Assembly (NCBI GenBank): GCA_040954595.2
Contig: JBECUI020000029.1
Coordinates: forward strand, 289,333 to 353,332
DNA length: 64,000 bases
Source: Balanoglossus misakiensis
Lineage: Eukaryota > Animalia > Hemichordata
Reading direction: 5' to 3'
The notes under the pieces were generated by a model. It searched no databases and was not told where the DNA came from. It saw nothing but the letters and a program-made list of their open reading frames with translations. How positions within the stretch are numbered: position 1 is the first letter of the stretch; each line of letters opens with the position of its first letter. The translations under genes were made by a program, and so were the position numbers. Shown here one piece after another: positions 11,384 to 19,555 of the stretch.

Positions 11384-13190
11384 AGTACAGTTCCACGTGC
11401 ATTCCTGGCCCTGGTTTTATTTATGTTTACAGACAATATTGCATTTTTGTACAAGTATTTTAATCAACTATAAATTTTGAATGTGTCATTTACCTGAACC
11501 GGTCATGTTGACCAGAATGATACATTTCTGCCTTCACTCACCCTATAAATATGTGATTGAGACATAGGTCATTTGCATAAGCTAACATACCAGAAAGTAA
11601 GCATATCTGTTGTTTTCCCTGTGTCACTGCCATCAAAGTAAAAATTAGACGTTGTGTAGAGCAAACTCCAATTTTTTGTTCTCAATAAACATGGATGAAT
11701 TACATAGAATGTGTTTGTTGTTTACAGTCTTTAAATGACACATTAGATTATGCACTTTACAAAACGTTTCTGAGAAACAAGTGACTAACTAGTTTCTTTC
11801 CACTGTGGCCAACGTGGTTCACTGTTTGTGTCAGAATCTCTCTGTTTTGCAAGGATTTTGAAATCATAGTGGTGACATGCATAGTGAAAATCAGCTACTT
11901 TCAAATGTCCGTCATGTTCATGCTGTAATTGAATTTTCAAAGCTGGGCTGGCGTGTTTTTTCTTATTTACATAAGTATCACACTTTATACATGTATCTTC
12001 ATGGGGTTTTTTGAGTCCCGTATTTAGGTCCTCTCTCACAATTTTACGAAATATCGTATAACTGACAGTTGTTCTTCCCAGAAGAGATTGGTTGGTTATG
12101 AACTCTCGGTGTAACTGCGATATACTGTGGGCCGGCGCCAGGTACGGTTTAAATCGAGGATTCCTGCAGTAGTGAGATTCTACAATTCTGTGCCTGCGTA
12201 CGTGTTCAGTGATATCAGTCAGCAAATTTGGATTGAGTTTCCGACGATGCCCTTTGTGTCGGCCCCTTGCATCTGGCATCAGACCAGTAAAGTTCCATGT
12301 GCATTCCTGGCCCTGGTTTTATTTATGTTTACAGACAATATTGCATTTTTGTACAAGTATTTTAATCAACTATAAATTTTGAATGTGTCATTTACCTGAA
12401 CCGGTCATGTTGACCAGAATGATACATTTCTGCCTTCACTCACCCTATAAATATGTGATTGAGACATAGGTCATTTGCATAAGCTAACATACCAGAAAGT
12501 AAGCATATCTGATGTTTTCCCTGTGTCACTGCCATCAAAGTAAAAATTAGACGTTGTGTAGAGCAAACTCCAATTTTTTGTTCTCAATAAACATGGATGA
12601 ATTACATAGAATGTGTTTGTTGTTTACAGTCTTTAAATGACACATTAGATTATGCACTTTACAAAACGTTTCTGAGAAACAAGTGACTAACTAGTTTCTT
12701 TCCACTGTGGCCAACGTGGTTCACTGTTTGTGTCAGAATCTCTCTGTTTTGCAAGGATTTTGAAATCATAGTGGTGACATGCATAGTGAAAATCAGCTAC
12801 TTTCAAATGTCCGTCATGTTCATGCTGTAATTGAATTTTCAAAGCTGGGCTGGCGTGTTTTTTCTTATTTACATAAGTATCACACTTTATACATGTATCT
12901 TCATGGGGTTTTCTGAGTCCCGTATTTAGGTCCTCTCTCACAATTTTACGAAATATCGTATAACTGACAGTTGTTCTTCCCAGAAGAGATTGGTTGGTTA
13001 TGAACTCTCGGTGTAACTGCGATATACTGTGGTCCGGCGCCAGGTACGGTTTAAATCGAGGATTCCTGCAGTAGTGAGATTCTACAATTCTGTGCCTGCG
13101 TACGTGTTCAGTGATATCAGTCAGCAAATTTGGATTGAGTTTCCGACGATGCCCTTTGTGTCGGCCCCTTGCATCTGGCATCAGACCAGT
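11384..13190. repeat. 902-bp tandem duplication inside the cassette
   Basis: 11384-12285 repeats as 12286-13187 with a few substitutions. AGT microhomology at the join (12286-88). ORF ends 11785 and 12687 differ by 902. Confidence 0.97.
11785..12279 (-). pseudogene. 5'-truncated duplicate of the transposase N-terminal-half ORF (164 aa)
   Basis: Matches the last 164 aa of the 12687 ORF apart from D>A and R>K. Created by the 902-bp duplication. Confidence 0.85.
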
Positions 13191-13643
13191 TGAACAGTGC
13201 ATCATTTTGCTTAGAACGGTTCTAGTCCGCCTCTCACTAATGCCAAATAATTTCAGGAATGCATTTTTGCAGACAGTAACCGTTTCACCGCCTTCATTCA
13301 CCAGGTGATAACGAACCGATTTCTTGTGTGACTTCATCTGCATATCCATCAGTTTGTAGAGCATCAAGTTCTGTTCATTATACACGCGACCATCAAAATA
13401 TTTTCTCGTGGTGCCTAAAACATGCGTACTCCCAAGCTTCCGCAGACAATTCCCTTGAACGCAGGCGCATTCCAAGGAAAGACTGTCAATATCTGGAAAA
13501 GGGCGATTTTTCCTTGGTTTTTGTCTCGGACACGTCTTTTTAGAATTCCTACGTGGCTTGTTGGCTCGAGCTGACAGTTCGGTTCTGCGTTGCTGCCACA
13601 CAGGAATGGGTTCCCACGCATAAGCAACTCCCCGGCAGGCCAT
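12687..13643 (-). CDS. Transposase N-terminal half (Sola1/DUF7869-like; putative DNA-binding and CxxC region)
   Basis: Motifs VCKNAFLKLFGIS, DARGRH, ESHYCR...YL, VSYTIFRKI, KPHEDTCIKCD are typical of the region preceding the catalytic core in this family. First ATG at 13643; intact frame. Confidence 0.8.
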   Translation of the reverse strand: MACRGVAYAWEPIPVWQQRRTELSARANKPRRNSKKTCPRQKPRKNRPFPDIDSLSLECACVQGNCLRKLGSTHVLGTTRKYFDGRVYNEQNLMLYKLMDMQMKSHKKSVRYHLVNEGGETVTVCKNAFLKLFGISERRTRTVLSKMMHCSTGLMPDARGRHKGHRRKLNPNLLTDITEHVRRHRIVESHYCRNPRFKPYLAPDHSISQLHREFITNQSLLGRTTVSYTIFRKIVREDLNTGLRKPHEDTCIKCDTYVNKKKHASPALKIQLQHEHDGHLKVADFHYACHHYDFKILAKQRDSDTNSEPRWPQWKETS

Positions 13644-13690
13644 GGTCACAGCTGAAGTATTTGTTCAAGTACTGACTGACTAAACGCGGC

Positions 13691-14824
13691 ATGGAACAAA
13701 CGAACGAACGACTTCACGTTCGGAAAAAAAATCGTTGCGAGCTGTTGGGTGCATGCCTCTATAGTTGTCGGCAACCGTTCTTTTTTATTGCTAAACAATG
13801 CTGTCAGAGCATGGAAGGTGTGGTGGAAAACGAACAGAGGTTTTGTACGACCAACGATTGGATGGTGCTACATATGGACTTCCACAAGTCATTGCCGGTT
13901 CCTAAACTCAGCTCTGAAGACTTTTACTTTAAATCGAAATTGCAAATGAAGCTCCTTGGAATTTACAACGGGACAACGGAAAAGATGCATTGTTATGTAT
14001 GGACAGAGCTCGATAGCAGAAAGTCTCCCGATGAAGTTATTACCTGTCTAAATCACTTTTTTTATAACTCGGGTGTGACCAGCAGACATGCAGTTATTTA
14101 CAGCGACAACTGCCGTGCCGAATTCAAGTGTGGGAAGTTAATGTTTTACTATGACTATCTGTTACGAAAGGGCGTGTTTCGACGAATTGACTATAAAACT
14201 CTTGTGGCTGGACACACGTACTCCACCTGTGACCGAGTTTTTGCGTCCATTGAAAGGCATGCAAGTCGTTTCCAGAGTATAGAGACACCTCACGATTGGA
14301 CATCTGTGATTCGAGGATCTTCTCTGAATGGGAACATTGGAGTTACGGAGATGACTCACAGAGACTTTTTCAATTATTCTGATTTCCTGAAAAATGAGTA
14401 CGTTGTGCGTTATGCAGATACAAACAATGTAACTTTTTACTACCAAGCCATGCACTATTTTAATTTTGGAGAAGGAGAAAGGCTTGATACCGACGGCAAC
14501 CTCAGAACATTTAGTCATGCAGATAAAGTTTGGGTGAGAACATCTCTAGATCCAAGCGAGACCCCGATTGTAGTCGACTTTAGAAAGAAGAAGCAGAACC
14601 GGCGTTTACAAGATTGTACGCTGAACAAACTTTATCAGGAACGTCGACCACTGGCGAGCAAAGTTTGGCGGGATCTTCAGAGTTTAGCCAAAAATTACCT
14701 GTCTCCGGAGGCAATAGAATTTTATAGGAATCTACCGCTTCAGGAGAGTAGTGGCACCTCTGCAGACCCGTACGCCTTTCATGATGATGACGACGACGAT
14801 GATGATGATATGGGCGGTGGTTGA
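13691..14824 (+). CDS. Transposase catalytic half (RNase H-like DDD core, Sola1/DUF7869-like)
   Basis: Motifs HMDFHKSLPVP, CYVWTE...SPDEVITCL, IYSDNC, GHTYSTCDRVFASIE; acidic tail; AATAAA overlaps the stop (14824-14829). The true start may be ATG 13811. Confidence 0.85.
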   Translation: MEQTNERLHVRKKNRCELLGACLYSCRQPFFFIAKQCCQSMEGVVENEQRFCTTNDWMVLHMDFHKSLPVPKLSSEDFYFKSKLQMKLLGIYNGTTEKMHCYVWTELDSRKSPDEVITCLNHFFYNSGVTSRHAVIYSDNCRAEFKCGKLMFYYDYLLRKGVFRRIDYKTLVAGHTYSTCDRVFASIERHASRFQSIETPHDWTSVIRGSSLNGNIGVTEMTHRDFFNYSDFLKNEYVVRYADTNNVTFYYQAMHYFNFGEGERLDTDGNLRTFSHADKVWVRTSLDPSETPIVVDFRKKKQNRRLQDCTLNKLYQERRPLASKVWRDLQSLAKNYLSPEAIEFYRNLPLQESSGTSADPYAFHDDDDDDDDDMGGG

Positions 14825-14985
14825 ATAAACTGTCCTTTTCATGACGACAGTGATTTTGGATATTTGATGTGCGTGCACAGTTTATATGTAATATTTTCAC
14901 ACGAACGAGTTTTGACTGAATTTGATTAAAGAATGTACTCGATAATTAACAAATGTGCTGAATCGTGGTTATTATGTTGTTAATT

Positions 14986-15025
14986 TTTGTTTGTTTGTTT
15001 GTTTGTTTGTTTGTTTGTTTGTTTG
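14986..15025 (+). repeat. (TTTG)10 microsatellite
   Basis: Read directly; also present in copy 2 near 33730-33769. Confidence 0.95.
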
Positions 15026-15158
15026 TAAACAATTTCCGTTCATTCAACTGGCTACAAAGTTGGATTTTTGTACTGGGAAGCGATAAACTCGCACATCAAA
15101 ACCGGGGAGACTCGATCATTTTTCCCTGCAGGTAGCCTGAAAAGCACCCGGGCAGAGA

Positions 15159-15231
15159 TTACGTCATATATGGTCCACTTTAATACGAAATTATGCAAAT
15201 GTGACATTTCACGGAAACGGCGTATATAAAA
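15159..15231 (+). promoter_or_regulatory. Putative Pol II promoter of the SET gene
   Basis: CRE-like TTACGTCA (15159), octamer ATGCAAAT (15193) and TATAAAA (15225-15231), about 95 bp upstream of ATG 15324. Confidence 0.55.
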
Positions 15232-15323
15232 GCGACCCTGGGCTATTGTTCGGAATGCGTCATCGACGAGAGAGTGACTGATAATTCTTCTACCTCGAGT
15301 CAACCATTCTGTATATACTGAAC

Positions 15324-16664
15324 ATGGCTAGCTGGCGCAGGAAGAGACAAGGCAATGTGCGGTCTGTAATCAACGAACGGCACCGCTCAGTTCAGTGTCC
15401 CTTTCTTCAAAAGTGGATCGGTGAGCAATTGGTATTTTCAGGTCGTTCAGAGGATGAAGTCCAGTCCAGTACTGTATTTGAGAGCTACAAATGTTGGGTT
15501 GAAAACTATTCGTCGGCGGACAATCAAGTAATGATTATGGTTACTAAAGCTCGATTTTTCAAGGTGAGAATGATCGCATTTTTCTTTCCCCCCCCCCCCT
15601 CCCTCCCTCCCTCCCTCCCCCAAGGGACTCGTTTTCTGTCTCTTTTAAACCTGTAACTTAACGAAAAGGAAGTTTTTCACATATCTCTTCGTTGACACTA
15701 TAGCAATTTGGAGCGCGGATGCTTCAAGAGAAGAGCGTTACCAAATCAAAGTCGGCCGGGGTTAATATTTATAGAGGTGTTCGTCTGAAAGCTGGTTCGC
15801 GAAGAATCTCAACGGGGAAACCTGAGCACAGTGTACTTCAGACCAGGGCAAGGGCATTTCTTGATGACGCCAGCGTGACCGTTCCGATCGAGGTAAGAAT
15901 GGTGTTTTGTTTGGACTAGGACAATAGAACGTTGCAATGAGTGTGTCAATGGGTGTCCAAGTGCAAACGTGGTCTGCTTCTGTCCACAAATGCCATTAAT
16001 TTTTGGCAGGATTTATAAAATTGTCAATGAAGAATACAAAAATGAAAAACAACAGTTAATAGCAAACTGGTAGGATTGCAAGGGCTTGTAAAACGGTACA
16101 CACTGTACCAGGAAGTTTGCAACACTAATGAAGAATGTATATGATATATTTAGGTGAGAACTGTTCGCGATCGCCGGGACGCAGGACGGTGCGCGTTTTC
16201 GACGAGGGATATTCAAGCCTGGGACGTCGTCTGCGAATACCGGGGCACGGTTATTAGCGTTGAAGAAGCTAGTCGGCGTGATGAGCTTTACAGGGCAGAG
16301 GGGAAACGACCACGCATGTTCCATCTCTACATTGGAAAGAGACACGTTGTGTGAGTGTATCACTTAGTCGAATATATGGTCATATATTGCAAAGCATCTG
16401 TCGAAATAGAAAACGTAATATTGTCTATATTTTCCTCATTAACGCAGCATTGACGGATACGATGTCCCAGCCGGTGAAGAAAATTTAGCAGGCCTAATAA
16501 ATCACAGTCAGCAGAACGCCAACTTGGTACCGGTTCGGATCGGAGAGCGCCTGGTTTTCTTTGCAACCAGGAATCTTTGTCAGGGAGTAGAGCTTTTGTA
16601 TGATTACGGTGACGGGGGTGAAGAGGATTTCTTCAGTGGTTCTCAAACTTTTCCTGAAAATTAA
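15324..16664 (+). CDS. Spliced SET-domain protein (SETD8/PR-Set7-like) with N-terminal winged-helix-like region; exons 15324-15563, 15704-15892, 16154-16350, 16448-16664; 280 aa
   Basis: Three GT-AG introns with matching phases (0, 0, 2) give one open frame. SET motifs GRCAFSTRDI, VCEYRG, IDG, LAGLINHS, ELLYDYGD. Confidence 0.9.
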
Positions 16665-17570
16665 GGCATTAACACATCAACGCTTCGGGGTGTCGTAACG
16701 GCGGCGCGGCGGGGGGGGGGGGGGGGACGTGAAAATGTTTGTATCAGGAACAAAATTCCCGTGCAAATCACCTTGATCCGGGTGGGTGGACTATTCGCGA
16801 CAAATGTTGAAATCATACAAAGCATTTTACTTAATTAACCCATTTTTTTCATTTATTTGTTTACAGTTTACAACGTCATAGAGAAGTTGAACTAGAGACT
16901 GGATCAGCGTGGGTGACACCATAGTACACCAATGTTTTCTTCAGTTTGATTCAATTGTAATTTAAAACTGAGATTGCCTAACGCTTTCCCAGATTTTTTT
17001 AACCACTGAGAAACTGTGGGTTTTTTTCTGGGTTTTGGTGCGAGGTGATCTCAGTCAGTGGTGTTAATTTAATTAATCATTTTCTTTTCCTATTTACGTC
17101 GACTGAAATGTATTTTGATAGGTGATAGTCATACCATAAAAAAAATCTTACGGCGCGACTGCCAAAATGTACATTTATTTGTCCGTTCCAAGTTATTTTG
17201 TGTATGTGTGATGGGTGCCGGTGACTGTGCAGGGTTGATTTCCCTAGAGCGACTGTTATATTCGTTTTCCAACGATGATGAATTTACATGTTATTTGCTT
17301 GGCATTTTGACGCAGAGACACTTCTGAAAACACAAACCTATTAATTATGCCACGGGTGTAAATTGATCACATTAAAAGAGGCTTTAGACGTTTGCCGCGA
17401 GCTCCTGGTGGGCAGAATCTTGTCAGCCCAAATTTGACTATAAGTACATAGCCAATGATGTGACGCTCTCCCACATCCTTCGCCGCGCCTTTTCGCTGAT
17501 TTACAGCATCTTGCGTAAACACTGTCATTTGATCTTGCTTGGCAGAAGTCAACTTGCTCTATACTACATT

Positions 17571-17936
17571 ATGGCGGCCAAGCTCAACTGCATATCAGAT
17601 AATGCCAAGGAGCGTTTGAGAGGCATCCTCGCCAGAAGGAGTCGCGTTTCCGGTGACTGTGTGCTCTGGACGGGTGCAGCTTGTCGAAACGGCTATGGCT
17701 CTATTACGTTCAGAGATGAGAACACTCTAACCGCCTATGTCCATCACATTGCACTCCTAATTAACGGAGTGCAATTGGTGGGCAGGCGGTTAGAGTGTTC
17801 TCATCTTTGCAACGAAAAGCTATGCATCCGCCCAGAGCACATTGTCCAGGAAACGCGACTCCTAAACATTTCACGAAAGACGTGCTTTAAATCCCCAAAA
17901 GGGGAGTGTCACCACGATCCCAGGTGCCTAAGGTGA
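17571..17936 (+). CDS. His-Cys box / His-Me finger endonuclease (zinc-binding loop homing-endonuclease type)
   Basis: CVLWTG...GYG, YVHH, SHLCNEKLCIRPEHI...E...N.SRKTC...CHHDPRC. ATG at 17571. The stop lies within AG|GTGAGT, a possible splice donor. Confidence 0.85.
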   Translation: MAAKLNCISDNAKERLRGILARRSRVSGDCVLWTGAACRNGYGSITFRDENTLTAYVHHIALLINGVQLVGRRLECSHLCNEKLCIRPEHIVQETRLLNISRKTCFKSPKGECHHDPRCLR

Positions 17937-18844
17937 GTAATCCTCTTCTCATTTGATATGTATTGTGTGACCCTGCAGTTGAAACGCTTTCATCAATAAT
18001 TTGCGGCGCGTGGGTAATCTCGGTGTTATTGACAATGCAGCCGGCCCAAACATTTTTAAATTAACACTGTTTCTGACTGTATTAACGAAATGTCCAATTT
18101 GCAAGTAGCCTATAGACAACCCTTTTGAATGAGTTTTGTCTCGTTGAGATTTTATACATAAGGAACAATCTAGATTTATTTTAGAAGACACTGTTCTTTT
18201 AAAACAGCTAGCATAATACAGCTAAATTTCGGAATTTCCGGACAATTTTCGGAATTCCTTTTAAATTTGAGAAATTTTTCATCAGATATAAGTGTTACTA
18301 TTTATTGGACATGTTTTTATCATTGTTTACTTTTTAAGGTCATTCTCACCCCCCCCCCCCCAAAAAAAGCCGCTTTAGGCTTCATGTTCAGTAAAAAATC
18401 TGGAAAGTTCAGCTGAATTTTACACTGATCACACATTTTTGGGAAGGTCTGGCGCAAAATAAAGGATGACAAATGTAAATCTAATGTCACATTTGTAAAC
18501 CTCTAAGTATTGTACACTCATTCTATTAAGTATATGCAAATAGTACGGATAATTTTTTCGGAATGTGGAATTCCGAAATTAGTTCGGAACGTGTTAGCAG
18601 TGAAGAGATCACCACTGAGGGTTGGAAGGCCTTGCCAGAAATTAACGCGTAAAGTACGCCCTCACAGGCCATGTAAACAAGGTCAAATAAGGCCGTCTGG
18701 CAAACGAATGATTAATTCAACGCGCCATTTGAGCCGAGCTGAGTTGGTCTGAGTTGCGTATCACACAGACTTAGGCTGAATGTCAGTGGAGTAACCAGTC
18801 CGTTTTAGATTTACCAATGATGTGAATTTAATTTCTTCACCCAG

Positions 18845-19250
18845 AAAAACAGAACACAACTTGTCTGCAACATGATGCTGGAGGTGACACATGACAGAGA
18901 AGTGGATCCGCGTTGTCAACACAGATGCCAGCATTCAAAAGGGGAGTGCCACCTGCTAAAATCAACTCATCTGCTGTTGGCCCATTTTACCTGTGGCAAC
19001 TGTTCAGAGGAGACAACGTTTATTCCGTGCAAGCCAACACGCAATGTTGGGGTCTACCTGTCAACACAGATGCAAGCATTCATGTGAGTGAGTATCAGGA
19101 CTGACCTTGTATTTGCTGAATAATTCATAATGCCTATTTTAGAATTCTTAGAGGCATTTGGAGTTCATTGCCTGGTCAACCAAACTACACCCCTTAACAG
19201 CTGAAACAAAATGCGTATTGTGTTCATTCATTCATTGCATCAATATATAT
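18845..19250 (+). other. Diverged homolog of the satellite monomer (exon 18845-~19087 plus intron-like sequence)
   Basis: Shares CACCTG..AAAT.AACTCATCTGCTGT.GGCC, CACAGATGC.AGCATTCAT, GAGTGAGT, TGCCTATT.TAGAATTCTTA and TTCATTCATTCATTGC with the monomer, in the same order. Acceptor TTTCTTCACCCAG at 18844. Confidence 0.85.
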
Positions 19251-19555
19251 AGGCAACATGAGTATCAAGTAGCACTATTTGTTTACGATTGTATTCATGA
19301 AAACTTCCCACTAACAATTCCACAGTTAATATTGAACACATTTATCCAACAAGGTCAAAAGAAAAAGGGAATCTTCTGGTTCCAAAATACGCCACAAATG
19401 TGGGTCAACATACAGTGAAATATTATGGTGCTCAAATATGCAACATATCAAATCTGTCTCATCAAAGTCATGCTTTAAAAAAGAATTGAAAAGGTATTAT
19501 TTATCCATTTGACTGCTGTATTTTCAGAAGGAAAACAAACTGAATTTGGTTTTTC

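Larger units (their letters stand above)
1..11397 (+). repeat. Satellite array block 1 (452-bp monomers with 274/265-bp variants)
   Basis: Near-identical sequence recurs with 452-bp period (ACATGCACTAAAGCG at 1 and 453). Short monomers are marked by the recurring 70/73-aa ORFs spaced 274 or 265 bp. The block ends mid-monomer at GTTCCACG (11397). Confidence 0.99.
11398..19555. mobile_element. 8.2-kb transposon-related gene cassette, copy 1 (split transposase, SET gene, His-Me endonuclease)
   Basis: Non-satellite segment between array junctions, near-identical to 30142-38294, with transposase motifs. No TIR or TSD is visible at the junctions themselves. Confidence 0.85.

Noticed and set aside
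1-11397. CRISPR-like or spacer-bearing guide array
   Set aside because: No variable spacers: monomers are essentially identical, and the context is eukaryotic with spliceosomal introns.
11380-11410. TIR and TSD at the cassette's left junction (classical insertion into the satellite)
   Set aside because: Left and right junctions lie at different monomer positions with no duplication or inverted match, so a simple insertion is not supported.
12660-13700. Invertible switch restoring a continuous transposase
   Set aside because: No inverted repeats were seen bracketing the N-half ORF, it has its own stop, and both copies have the same orientation.
13111-14900. Short overlapping or antisense ORFs inside the transposase halves
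   Set aside because: Shadow frames of the motif-bearing ORFs.
16011-16068. Extra exon in SET gene intron 2
   Set aside because: It has AG and GT ends but gives an immediate stop (GAT TTA TAA) in the required phase 0.
17460-17570. N-terminal extension of the endonuclease ORF
   Set aside because: It begins at GTG; the first ATG in good context is 17571.
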